64,000 nucleotides of DNA from an uncultured Candidatus Saccharibacteria bacterium. GTDB lineage: Bacteria > Patescibacteriota > Minisyncoccia > Minisyncoccales > Staskawiczbacteraceae. Of the stretch, positions 20,590 through 29,364 are shown in pieces (the first letter of the stretch is position 1; each line of letters opens with the position of its first letter). Both the position numbers and the translations under genes were made by a program. The notes under the pieces are model-generated. The model was not told the DNA's origin. It searched no databases and saw only the letters and a list, made by a program, of their open reading frames with translations. The stretch spans positions 219,824 to 283,823 of the forward strand of contig CAYZNK010000001.1 of the NCBI GenBank assembly GCA_964479955.1, given 5' to 3'.

Positions 20590-22446
20590 ATGCAAGAAAA
20601 TATCAGAAATTTTTCTATAATCGCGCATATTGACCACGGAAAGTCTACTTTGGCTGACAGGCTTTTGGAATTGACCGGCAGCATAGACCCCAAAAAAATG
20701 ATGCCGCAGTTTTTGGATTCAATGGATTTGGAAAGGGAAAAGGGAATCACCATAAAGCTAAAAGCCATAAGAATGGAACTCGACGAATTAAAAATTAAAA
20801 ATTTAAAATTAGAAATTCCAGATTCAAAATATATTTTGAATCTGGTAGACACTCCGGGCCATGTTGATTTTTCTTATGAAGTTTCTAGGTCTCTTGAGGC
20901 TGTTGAAGGGGCTATTTTACTTGTTGACGCAACACAGGGGATTCAAGCCCAAACCCTGGCAAATCTTGAGCTGGCAAAACAACAAAATTTGAAAATTATT
21001 CCCGTTGTAAATAAAATAGATTCTCCTATCGCGAAGGTCCAAGAAACGATTGAGGAATTATCAGGCCTTTTGAATGTTACGCCAGAAGAGATTATAAAAA
21101 TATCAGCTAAAGACGGCACAAATGTTTTAGAGGTTTTGAAAGCCATAATAAAAGATATCCCTGCCCCGTCCTTCGCTGTGGCTCAGGACGAAACGGCAAA
21201 TCCATTTCGAGCGTTAATCTTTGATTCTGAATATGATTCTTTCAAGGGGGTTATAGCTTATGTAAGGGTTGTTGACGGGGAAATTTTAAGTGGACAAAAA
21301 ATAAAACTAATGGCTTCGGGGGCTGATGCGGAAGTCAAGGAGACTGGCTATTTATCTGCAAGGGGCAAAGACGGATTTTCCGCAAAAGAAAAAATTTCAG
21401 CAGGAGACATAGGATATATTGCAACAGGAATAAAAGAACCGGGAAAAGTTATGTCAGGAGACACAATTATAAAATTGTTTCCCGCAAACGCAAAAGTTGA
21501 TATCTCTCCCTTACCTGGATATCAGGAGCCAAAGCCAATGGTTTTTGCAAGCCTGTATCCTGAAAATCCAGATGACTTTGATTTACTGAAAGTTGCTTTA
21601 TCTAAATTAAAGTTGAATGACCCTGCTTTGGTTTTTGAGCCAGAGATGAAAGAGGCTTTGGGAAGGGGATTTAATTGCGGATTTCTGGGGACTTTGCATA
21701 TTGAAATTATTTCTGAAAGACTGCAAAGAGAATTTGGGCTTGAGTTGGTTATATCAACTCCGTCTGTTGTTTATAAAATTTTTGACCAGAAAGACAAAGA
21801 AGTTTTAATTTATTCGGCATCCGATTGGCCCGAGCAGTCAAAAATTAAAAAAACAGAAGAGCCGTGGGTTTCTTTGGAAGTTGTTGCTCCGGCTTCCCAA
21901 ATTGGAAAGATAATGGAAATTTTAAAAAGCTTAAAAGGAAACTACTTGGAAACAAATTATTTAAGCACGGAAAAAGTAATTATTGTTTTTGAAACTCCTT
22001 TGCGGGGGATTATCGCAAATCTTTATGACAAGATAAAAACAGCCAGCCAAGGGTATGCCTCAATGAACTACAGGGTGATAGGATACAGACCCGGAAAATT
22101 GGTAAAAATGGAAATATTGGTTGCGGGCCGGAAAGAAGAGGCATTGTCCAGGATTGTTTCAGAGGACGAGGCATATTTTGAGGGGAAAAAAATGGTTGAA
22201 AAGTTAAAAGACGTTTTGCCGCCTCAAATGTTTTCTGTTGCTTTGCAGGCGGCTGTTGGTGGAAAAATCATTGCCAGGGAAACAATTAAGGCATATATGA
22301 AAGATGTTGCAGGGTATCTTTATGGCGGAGATGTTACCAGAAAGAATAAACTTCGGGAAAAACAGAAAAAAGGCAAAAAATTAATGAAGGAAAAAGGAAG
22401 AGTGAATGTCCCAACAAAAGCATTTCTTGAAGTTTTTAGGGCATAA
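20590..22446 (+). CDS. lepA: Elongation factor 4 (LepA)
   Basis: NFSIIAHIDHGKSTLADRL, DTPGHVDF, NKID, and a LepA C-terminal domain. Confidence 0.95.
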   Translation: MQENIRNFSIIAHIDHGKSTLADRLLELTGSIDPKKMMPQFLDSMDLEREKGITIKLKAIRMELDELKIKNLKLEIPDSKYILNLVDTPGHVDFSYEVSRSLEAVEGAILLVDATQGIQAQTLANLELAKQQNLKIIPVVNKIDSPIAKVQETIEELSGLLNVTPEEIIKISAKDGTNVLEVLKAIIKDIPAPSFAVAQDETANPFRALIFDSEYDSFKGVIAYVRVVDGEILSGQKIKLMASGADAEVKETGYLSARGKDGFSAKEKISAGDIGYIATGIKEPGKVMSGDTIIKLFPANAKVDISPLPGYQEPKPMVFASLYPENPDDFDLLKVALSKLKLNDPALVFEPEMKEALGRGFNCGFLGTLHIEIISERLQREFGLELVISTPSVVYKIFDQKDKEVLIYSASDWPEQSKIKKTEEPWVSLEVVAPASQIGKIMEILKSLKGNYLETNYLSTEKVIIVFETPLRGIIANLYDKIKTASQGYASMNYRVIGYRPGKLVKMEILVAGRKEEALSRIVSEDEAYFEGKKMVEKLKDVLPPQMFSVALQAAVGGKIIARETIKAYMKDVAGYLYGGDVTRKNKLREKQKKGKKLMKEKGRVNVPTKAFLEVFRA

Positions 22447-22515
22447 TCCTGAAGACTTTTTGTTTTGATTGTCTTTTTCCTAATATTTTATATAATTAAA
22501 TAATCCGCTTCCGCT

Positions 22516-22533
22516 TCCGCCAACTGGCGGATG
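22516..22533. repeat. Dispersed hairpin core TCCGCCAACTGGCGGATG (copy 1 of 3)
   Basis: The same 18-mer occurs at 49149-49166. A two-mismatch variant (TCCGCCGGCTGGCGGATG) occurs at 39063-39080. Each copy is nested in its own outer stem. Confidence 0.7.
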
Positions 22534-22563
22534 GCGGGAAAAAATATTTAATTAAAAATAGAA

Positions 22564-24090
22564 ATGATGAATAAAAAAATATTTGTGTTGGTGATATTTT
22601 GCGTTATTTTATTTTCCTCTGCTGCAAGCGTCGGAGCTATGACAGAAGCAGAAAGGCAGGCGCTTATTGCGCAGATACAAGCGCAGATTACGGCGCTTCA
22701 GTCGCAATTGTATGCAATGCTTCAGGCTCAGCAATCAGGAACCTCAAGTACAGCCGGTTCTTCATGGTGCCACACTTTTACAACCACGCTGCTTTTGGGC
22801 AGTTCCGGGCAAGAAGTTTCTTTTTTGCAGACAGCCATGCAGAAAGAAGGCTATATTATTTCTTCTTCTGAAATCCAGACATCATATTTTGGCAGTTCAA
22901 CAAAACAAGCAGTTGTAAGTTTTCAAGAAAAATATAGGGGTGATATTTTAACTCCTTATGGTTTGACATATGGCACAGGGAACGCGGCGCTTTTAACCAG
23001 GACAAAATTAAACGAGCTATACGGATGTACTGGCTCAACATCATCAATAACAACCTGTACCCCTTATTGGTCATGTGGGGACTGGGGAGTTTGTTCTAAT
23101 AATCAACGCACACGAACTTGCTATGACACCAATTACTGCGGAACAACCACCAACAAACCCGCAACAACTCAGTCTTGTTCATCAACTACATGTAGTCCCG
23201 TTTGGTCTTGCAGTTCATGGGGCACCTGTTCTAATAATCAACGCACACGAACTTGCTATGATACAAACTACTGCGGAACAACCACCAACAAACCCGCAAC
23301 AACTCAGTCTTGTTCATCAACTACATGTAGTCCCGTTTGGTCTTGCAGTTCATGGGGCACCTGTTCTAACAACCAACAAACCAGAACTTGCTATGACACC
23401 AATTACTGCGGAACAACCACCAACAAACCAGCAACAACTCAATCGTGTTCTTCAACCTGCACTCCCAGTTGGTCGTGCGGAGATTGGAGTACTTGTGTAA
23501 ATGGACAGCAAACAAAAACTTGCTATGATACAAACTACTGCGGAACAACCACCAACAAACCCGCAACAACTCAGTCTTGTTCATCAACTACATGTAGTCC
23601 CGTTTGGTCTTGCAGTTCATGGGGCACCTGTTCTAACAACCAACAAACCAGAACTTGCTATGACACCAATTATTGTGGCACAACAACAGGAAAGCCAGCA
23701 GAAACAGAATATTGTTGTGTTCCTAATTGGACTTGTGGGAATTGGAGTTTTTATTGTGTAAATAAACAACGCACCCGAACTTGTTATGACACCAATTATT
23801 GTGGCACAACAACAGGAAAGCCAGCAGAAACAGAATATTGCTGTGAAGCAGAATGGCAATGTGAAGATTGGGGGGATTGCACAAACAATCTACATTGGAG
23901 AATGTGTTGGGATATAAACAATTGTGAGCCATATATTATTGAAGAAGAGTATTGTTGTGAACCAAATTGGGAATGCACAAATTGGGGGGTTTGTAGATTT
24001 TATACACAAACTAGAATTTGCGAAGATACTAATATGTGTAATGACAACGTAAATAAACCAGAAGAATCTCAATATTGTGATGTTCCATAA
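22564..24090 (+). CDS. Secreted protein: signal peptide, coiled-coil, peptidoglycan-binding-like domain and 8 Cys/Trp-rich repeats
   Basis: Signal peptide. [19 protein letters not shown]...[13 protein letters not shown] resembles PG_binding_1. Then 8 repeats of C-x-P-x-W-x-C-x2-W-x2-C-x6-R-x-C-x-D-x-N-x-C. Confidence 0.8.
   Translation: MMNKKIFVLVIFCVILFSSAASVGAMTEAERQALIAQIQAQITALQSQLYAMLQAQQSGTSSTAGSSWCHTFTTTLLLGSSGQEVSFLQTAMQKEGYIISSSEIQTSYFGSSTKQAVVSFQEKYRGDILTPYGLTYGTGNAALLTRTKLNELYGCTGSTSSITTCTPYWSCGDWGVCSNNQRTRTCYDTNYCGTTTNKPATTQSCSSTTCSPVWSCSSWGTCSNNQRTRTCYDTNYCGTTTNKPATTQSCSSTTCSPVWSCSSWGTCSNNQQTRTCYDTNYCGTTTNKPATTQSCSSTCTPSWSCGDWSTCVNGQQTKTCYDTNYCGTTTNKPATTQSCSSTTCSPVWSCSSWGTCSNNQQTRTCYDTNYCGTTTGKPAETEYCCVPNWTCGNWSFYCVNKQRTRTCYDTNYCGTTTGKPAETEYCCEAEWQCEDWGDCTNNLHWRMCWDINNCEPYIIEEEYCCEPNWECTNWGVCRFYTQTRICEDTNMCNDNVNKPEESQYCDVP
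23056..24087 (+). repeat. Tandem array of about 123-bp coding repeats (8 units; the inner units are near-identical at DNA level)
   Basis: By eye, an exact 77-nt string (cccgcaacaactcag...cacctgttctaa) occurs three times, starting at 23157, near 23294 and near 23560. Confidence 0.85.
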
Positions 24091-24118
24091 ATAAATATTA
24101 TCAATTTTAAAAATAACA

Positions 24119-24142
24119 AGCGCCTAATCAGCGCTTTTGTTT
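24119..24142 (+). terminator. Rho-independent terminator
   Basis: agcgc ctaatca gcgct followed by a T-run. Confidence 0.6.
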
Positions 24143-24207
24143 TTAAACTTGTTTTTTTTAAAATTTTATGATAAAATTTATAGCATACATGTACAATATA
24201 TAGGTAT

Positions 24208-24278
24208 CGCGCCTTGGAGGAGTAGTACCTCGACAGTCTCATAAGCTGTAGGCCCCCGTGCAATTCGGGGAGGCGCAA
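24208..24278 (+). tRNA. Non-canonical tRNA-like gene, anticodon CAT, initiator-like C1:A72 mismatch
   Basis: Hand fold: CGCGCCT TG GAGG AGTAGTA CCTC G ACAGT CTCATAA GCTGT AGGC CCCCG TGCAATT CGGGG AGGCGCA A. The D-loop lacks GG, the T-loop is TGCAATT, and the variable loop is 4 nt. Confidence 0.5.
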
Positions 24279-24343
24279 CAAAAATTGTAATATTTAAAAA
24301 CCCACGGTATAATTAATAATTATATTATTATCGTGGGTTTTAA

Positions 24344-25024
24344 ATGGCTAAATCAAAACAAAAAATAAAAGCGCTTGAGTTAAGAGAGAAAAAAGGAGAA
24401 AGCATTAAACAAATAGCGCAAAAATTAGGAGTTTCTAAAAGCACCGTAAGTTTATGGTGTAGAGATATTATACTGACTGAGAAACAAATCAAAAATTTAC
24501 ATAATAGAATGGTTTCTTTAAGTTATGTTGGACGAATGAAGGGTGCGCGTGCAAATCATGAAAAAAGAATAAACAGAATAAAAGAACAAAATGAAAAAGG
24601 AATAGAAGTTATAGGAAAATTATCAGAAAGGGATTTGCTTGTAGCTTCGGTGGCGTTATATTGGGGTGAGGGATGCAAAAAAAGCCGACAGTTGTCCATA
24701 AATAATTCTGACCCTGAGATGTTAAAATTTATAATGGCAGTTTTTAGAAAGGTGTGGAAAATTAAAGAAAACAGATTCGCGCCATATGTTGGTATAAATA
24801 TTATCCATAAAAAAAGAGACGAAGAAATTAGAGAATACTGGTCTAAAATAATAAAAATTCCCAAAGAGCAATTTCGAAAGACTATTTTTATAAAAGCGAA
24901 AAATAAAAAAGTCTATAAAAATTTAAACAGCCATTATGGCACTCTCACAATAAGAATTTTAAAACCAATGGAAATATATTATCAGATGATGGGTTTAATA
25001 AATGGAATGGTAAATGGAATATAA
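24344..25024 (+). CDS. HTH plus LAGLIDADG-like (putative homing-endonuclease-like) protein
   Basis: N-terminal HTH ESIKQIAQKLGVSKSTVSLWC. Core ASVALYWGEGCKK...NNSDPEMLKFIMAVF...EIREYWSKIIKIP...HYGTLTIRI resembles degenerate LAGLIDADG folds. Lies between tRNA genes. Confidence 0.45.
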   Translation: MAKSKQKIKALELREKKGESIKQIAQKLGVSKSTVSLWCRDIILTEKQIKNLHNRMVSLSYVGRMKGARANHEKRINRIKEQNEKGIEVIGKLSERDLLVASVALYWGEGCKKSRQLSINNSDPEMLKFIMAVFRKVWKIKENRFAPYVGINIIHKKRDEEIREYWSKIIKIPKEQFRKTIFIKAKNKKVYKNLNSHYGTLTIRILKPMEIYYQMMGLINGMVNGI

Positions 25025-25029
25025 TAAAT

Positions 25030-25103
25030 GCCGGAGTAGCTCAGCGGTAGAGCAATGCTTTCATAAGGCAGAGGTTTCGTGGGTTCGAATCCCACCTCCG
25101 GCA
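25030..25103 (+). tRNA. tRNA-Met family (anticodon CAT; elongator Met or Ile2 not distinguishable)
   Basis: Acceptor GCCGGAG/CTCCGGC, D-arm GCTC-AGCGGTA-GAGC, anticodon loop TTCATAA, T-arm GTGGG-TTCGAAT-CCCAC. My hand fold leaves an A:G mismatch closing the anticodon stem and an unusually long 7-nt variable region. Confidence 0.75.
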
Positions 25104-25140
25104 CTGGATTATTTAAGAATATAAATTATAATTCAACTAT

Positions 25141-25219
25141 GCGGGCATGGTGTAGCCTGGTCCAACACGCCTCCCTGTCACGGAGGAGATCGGGGGTTCA
25201 AATCCCCCTGCCCGCGCCA
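25141..25219 (+). tRNA. tRNA-Asp (GTC), CCA encoded
   Basis: Acceptor GCGGGCA/TGCCCGC, anticodon stem-loop CCTCC-CTGTCAC-GGAGG, T-arm GGGGG-TTCAAAT-CCCCC, and 3' GCCA. Confidence 0.9.
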
Positions 25220-26824
25220 TCGTGTACTAACAGAGCCCAAAAGCTCTGTTTTGTTCTTAAAATCGCCTATTTTCGTTGGTTCCAACCTTAAATAACTGGC
25301 TTCTATCGCCGGGTACTCTTTTATTATCGGCACAAACCACTCATTTGGCTCAATAATCAGTTTTTCCCCTCTAATAACTGGGTTTTGGCCCAAAGTTCTT
25401 AGTATTTCTCGCCTCAGTTCCAACCCTCCGGTAGCAAATGCCTTCCTGGCGTAGGCGGCGAACTTGAATGTCCTCTCTGTCAGCTCTAGCCACTTTTCAA
25501 CCTTCGATTCGCTTTCTCCTAATTTTTGCTTGATTTGGGAGATTTTTGTTTGAATATCCTTTTTCTCTTTTAAAAATGTTTCGTCGTCAATAAGTAGGCG
25601 ATACCTCATTTTAGTTAGTTCATCTAATTCAGTTTGTGCTTGTGCCATTGCTTTCTGCTGGGTTTCGTAAATTGTGTTTTTATCTGCGTTCTGCTGATCC
25701 TTGCCTTCTTTCAAAATTTCTATTGCCCAATGCAGGAACTCCGGGAGTATTGTGTACTTCTCAATTTCTTGCTCAATTTGCAGTTCCAATTTTTCCTTCG
25801 GCACAGTTTTCTTTTGCGAGCATTTAACACCCTTTCTCCTTCGCGTGCAGAAATAATATGTGAAGTTCTTTATTTTGTTTGTGCTTTTAATAAACTTCTC
25901 TTTCTCAACTGCCGTATAAAGACAGCCACACTCTGCGCAATGTATTGCGCCAGTAAATGCAAAGTGGTGCGTTTTTGGTCTTTGCTTTCCTTTACGGCCC
26001 AAGATTTTTTGAGCCACATCATATTCCTCCAGCGTTATCATTCTTTTATGTTTTCCTTCATACAATGTTTTATCTCTGCCCCAATAAAAAATCCCAGCAT
26101 AAAATGGGTTTGTAAAAATTTTGTATATTGCAGTTCTCGATAATGGTCCTCCGCCTTTTCTTTTTGTTTTCCTAACCCTATATCCCCATTGATTGTTTGC
26201 TATGTTCAAAATCTGCGGAGTTGAATAGCTCCCGGTTAGCAGCAAGTCCCACATTTTACGGATCAGCGGAAATCTTTCCTCATCTACCAATATGTCATTT
26301 TCGCCCCGTTCTTTTATTTTGCTATTCAAATATCCTTCCGGGGCTGATCCGGGTCGCCAGCCTTTTATAAGCTTACTGTCGGTTCCGCGTTTCACCGCCT
26401 TTCTTAAGTCCAGTATGTATTGGTTTGCCATTCCGGTCTCCACATTGAATAACAACACATTATCGTCTGGTAAATGTTCTCTTTCAATTGTTTGTATGGA
26501 TTTTAGAATTCCTTGTTGCAACATCCAGCTCAATCTCCCAGAGTCAATTGGATTTCGCGACAACCTGTTTATATGCCAGCATAATATCCCATCGGCTTCG
26601 CGTTCCTCAATCCGCCTTAGCATCTCATCAAATAGCGGGCGATTGTTCGGCTTCTTTGCAGACTTTGCCTCTGTATAGATTTTTTCAACCTTCAGGCCCA
26701 AGTCTGCAGCCAGCAGTTTTAATCTGTTCAGCTGGTCATCAATTGACTGCACCTGCCGGTCCTCTGACTCTGAGGATTTTCTGGCATATATAAAATATTT
26801 TAATCTGTTGCTTGTTTGGTTCAT
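25178..26824 (-). CDS. Large serine recombinase (integrase)
   Basis: N-terminal resolvase domain YARKSSESEDRQVQSIDDQ...RLSRN, recombinase domain, zinc ribbon CAECG...YYFCTRRRKGVKC, and a coiled-coil. The last 14 codons and the stop lie inside tRNA-Asp. Confidence 0.9.
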   Translation of the reverse strand: MNQTSNRLKYFIYARKSSESEDRQVQSIDDQLNRLKLLAADLGLKVEKIYTEAKSAKKPNNRPLFDEMLRRIEEREADGILCWHINRLSRNPIDSGRLSWMLQQGILKSIQTIEREHLPDDNVLLFNVETGMANQYILDLRKAVKRGTDSKLIKGWRPGSAPEGYLNSKIKERGENDILVDEERFPLIRKMWDLLLTGSYSTPQILNIANNQWGYRVRKTKRKGGGPLSRTAIYKIFTNPFYAGIFYWGRDKTLYEGKHKRMITLEEYDVAQKILGRKGKQRPKTHHFAFTGAIHCAECGCLYTAVEKEKFIKSTNKIKNFTYYFCTRRRKGVKCSQKKTVPKEKLELQIEQEIEKYTILPEFLHWAIEILKEGKDQQNADKNTIYETQQKAMAQAQTELDELTKMRYRLLIDDETFLKEKKDIQTKISQIKQKLGESESKVEKWLELTERTFKFAAYARKAFATGGLELRREILRTLGQNPVIRGEKLIIEPNEWFVPIIKEYPAIEASYLRLEPTKIGDFKNKTELLGSVSTRWRGQGDLNPRSPP

Positions 26825-26898
26825 ACTTTTGTAATTTTAATAATGGTCCAAGGATACCTTGTTGGAACCATTATGTCGCCTTGGATTTGGTAAGCAAG

Positions 26899-27498
26899 CT
26901 ACTGCCAGTTGATATCTTCTTTTTTGCCTGCAAATTCCAGCCATTGTCCGCCGTCTTTTGGAATGCAGTATTTTCTCCCAGACTTTTCAACTATTCTCAT
27001 GCCCCTATAATAAGGTTTTAATTTTTTAGAAGTATCCCTTTCTTTTATCTCCTTATTATTTAACTCCTTACTATTGGAAGTCCTTGTGGTGAACTTCATA
27101 AGTTTATCCTGTAAACTAGTGAAGTCTATGTGGCAAACTTCACTATACTCTTTCAAAGTTTCAGGATTTATCGGCTTCCAATGTTTTTTATGATGTAGTA
27201 CATATCTGTTGTTGGCTGTTTTGCCTACTCTTTGTTTCCGGATTATTCCCCAGAATTCCAGCCTTTTTATCCCGTCTATTATTTTACTTCGCGATATCGC
27301 CAATTCCTCCCGGATAAAATTTATAGACGGCCAGCTCTTTTGCAGTTTGTTGGCATGCCTGCAGAGGGAGTTATAAACTCCTACGGCGTAGATTTCTAGG
27401 AATCTTGCATAGCCGTTAAGAAATTTGTCATCGGTTATATACTGTTCTTTTTGCCGAAGATCTCTTATTTCAAATTTTTCCTCGTTATTTTCCATCAT
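26899..27498 (-). CDS. Winged-helix replication-initiator-like (DnaD/phage Rep N-terminal-like) protein
   Basis: WPSINFIREELAISRSKIIDGIKRLEFWGIIRKQR is typical of MGE wHTH replication or regulatory proteins. Confidence 0.45.
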   Translation of the reverse strand: MMENNEEKFEIRDLRQKEQYITDDKFLNGYARFLEIYAVGVYNSLCRHANKLQKSWPSINFIREELAISRSKIIDGIKRLEFWGIIRKQRVGKTANNRYVLHHKKHWKPINPETLKEYSEVCHIDFTSLQDKLMKFTTRTSNSKELNNKEIKERDTSKKLKPYYRGMRIVEKSGRKYCIPKDGGQWLEFAGKKEDINWQ

Positions 27499-27760
27499 GT
27501 TTGTGCAACTCTTGCCACCGCTTTTGATTGCGGGTATTTAGCATTTTTAAATTTGATACAGGAACAACTTTGAGAACACGGTGGGGAGCTAGTGTTCTTA
27601 TGCCTTTTTGGTTTTTGCCTTTTTTATTTAAGCAGAATGGACAGCGATTTTCGTCTGGCAGTTTATTTCTAAGTTCTGCCTCTTTGTCTAACGGACAAAC
27701 ATTTATTGGGCAGAAATTAAATCGCGGGCAATCTTCAAAATAGTTTATTGTTTGGTTCAT
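27485..27760 (-). CDS. Small Cys-rich hypothetical protein
   Basis: CPRFNFCPINVCP...CPFC. Overlaps both neighbouring genes within the operon. Confidence 0.4.
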   Translation of the reverse strand: MNQTINYFEDCPRFNFCPINVCPLDKEAELRNKLPDENRCPFCLNKKGKNQKGIRTLAPHRVLKVVPVSNLKMLNTRNQKRWQELHKHDGK

Positions 27761-27954
27761 AAATTTATGTCGCCAGTTTCTTGGCGGCGTTTTTGTAAAT
27801 TATTATATTCTTGTTCAGTCATTGGTTTGTAAACCAGCTCAACCATGCGAAGTAGGGAAGCTGCTTTTTCAAAAGCTTCCTCCCGGCTAATCTCCTTACC
27901 GAAGCGATTCTTGTAAATTTCCATAAAAGATATGATTTGTTTATCGGTCAGCAT
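27757..27954 (-). CDS. Small hypothetical protein (65 aa)
   Basis: ORF with 4-nt and 14-nt overlaps with its neighbours. Confidence 0.4.
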   Translation of the reverse strand: MLTDKQIISFMEIYKNRFGKEISREEAFEKAASLLRMVELVYKPMTEQEYNNLQKRRQETGDINL

Positions 27955-28198
27955 GATAAAGCCGCGTTTTTAAAGTTCTTAGACAATCTAAAAAAGCAAC
28001 GGGTTCCACAAGGAGCTCGCGCCTCCAATATCTTTGAATTAAATCGTCTAAGTTTTTATCGCGTTGGAATAAAAAGGTTGCTTTATTATTTTCCCAATTT
28101 ATTGCTTCAATTGGCCGGTTAAAAAAGCATAAGCAATTCGCCAAATTCAAATCAGATGTTTCAAAAAAGTCATTTTCTTTTAGTAATCCTGATTTCAT
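27941..28198 (-). CDS. Small MGE-associated protein (DUF5659-like by recollection)
   Basis: ETSDLNLANCLCFFNRPIEAINWENNKATFLFQRD...LKTRLY matches the pattern I recall for this small phage/plasmid family. Confidence 0.4.
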   Translation of the reverse strand: MKSGLLKENDFFETSDLNLANCLCFFNRPIEAINWENNKATFLFQRDKNLDDLIQRYWRRELLVEPVAFLDCLRTLKTRLYHADR

Positions 28199-28289
28199 AT
28201 TTTTAGAAATTTTAATAATAAAAAAACTATATTCTGGTTTGAATATAGTCCTTTTTTCGGAACGTGTTTGAATTTTAGGCTAAATTAGG

Positions 28290-29081
28290 CTATTCTGGGT
28301 GATTTTTTATGTGGGCCATTTCTAATTGCTTCATGAGTAGAGCAATATTTATTCCTTTGTTTTGCAAATATTCTTTCGTGATTTTATCTCCGGCATATGT
28401 AATCATTCCTTTTTTGCTCCTTTTCGGAAAAAATGCTTTAAGAATTTCTTTTGTGAACCCAAGCTGATAAAGTATATCGGCGATACTTCCGCCGCCAATT
28501 TCTTCTTTAAGAAAATTTGGCAAATCACTTTTCTTTATTGGAGTGTTTGCATTTTTACTTCTTATAAATTCTAGGGTTTCAAAATTAGTTCCCACTGCAT
28601 GCGGTTTTGAAAGGAGGAAATTATTTATCCAGATTTCCCTGTCTTTGACTGTTAGCTGAAAGGTTTCCGGCAATTCAGTTTTGACATTTTTAGTTGCAGC
28701 TATTTTTTCTATTTCTTGTCTTAATTCTTTGATCTCATTAATCAATTTATCTATTTTTTCTGTTTCTGTTTTGGCAACAACTATCTGCTCTGGATTGCCT
28801 GATTTTTGTATTTCAATGTTTTTTTGACGGACATCTCCCAAAGAAAATTCAATTTTTTGAAGCGTTGGGATAATTGTTTTTAAAGTTTCGCCCGCAGGAA
28901 TTAGATAAGTCTTAGCTGAATCGTTCAAATCTTCGGCGTATTTTTTCATCCTTTGCATCTGCGGTTCTAAACTAGCAAGACTGTCAACCAAAAAATCTAA
29001 ATTTGGGATTTGGCAAAAACGGCCATAGAGTTTCAAGCTCTTATCAATATCTTCCAAAATACGCTTATGTATTTCCAGCAT
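28290..29081 (-). CDS. Hypothetical coiled-coil protein (263 aa)
   Basis: AGAGGA SD-like sequence upstream. No family recognised. Confidence 0.45.
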   Translation of the reverse strand: MLEIHKRILEDIDKSLKLYGRFCQIPNLDFLVDSLASLEPQMQRMKKYAEDLNDSAKTYLIPAGETLKTIIPTLQKIEFSLGDVRQKNIEIQKSGNPEQIVVAKTETEKIDKLINEIKELRQEIEKIAATKNVKTELPETFQLTVKDREIWINNFLLSKPHAVGTNFETLEFIRSKNANTPIKKSDLPNFLKEEIGGGSIADILYQLGFTKEILKAFFPKRSKKGMITYAGDKITKEYLQNKGINIALLMKQLEMAHIKNHPE

Positions 29082-29237
29082 AATTTTAGTAATCCTCTAT
29101 AGTAATTTTCGCTTTTATACTGCCACTTTTCAGATATTTTTTCAAGGAAAAGGTGATTAATCATAAAAACCCCTAAAAGTACCCCTTTTTACACCCTTTG
29201 GCAATCTATTTGGAGATTTTTAGGATCTCCCAAAAAA

Positions 29238-29350
29238 CCCGCTGTTTTGCCCTGTTTTGCCGAACAAAAGTTAGTCGTTTTGGTCGTTTATCAAGCTAAA
29301 AGACGAGCAAACGCCCGTCTTTCTCCCAAACCCCTCACAAAACCCCTAAG
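29238..29350. repeat. Non-coding module, copy A (iteron-like TAGTCGTT/TGGTCGTT, GCCGAACAAAAG, GCTGTTTTGCC x2, CTCACAAAACCCC)
   Basis: Shares several blocks with 38666-38850: ttagtcgttttggtcgttt vs ttagtcgttattggtcgttt, gccgaacaaaag, (c)gctgtttt repeats, and cacaaaac(a)ccc. Confidence 0.7.
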
Positions 29351-29364
29351 GATTGCTCAAAACC

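Noticed and set aside
23075-23978. Multiple 60-141-aa ORFs in alternative frames and on the opposite strand across the repeat array
   Set aside because: They are periodic because the DNA is repeated. Only the frame with the signal peptide and Cys/Trp units is coherent.
25634-26793. Plus-strand ORFs of 63-169 aa inside the recombinase gene
   Set aside because: They are antisense to a confidently identified large serine recombinase. The translations are Cys/Phe/Leu-rich with no recognisable motifs.
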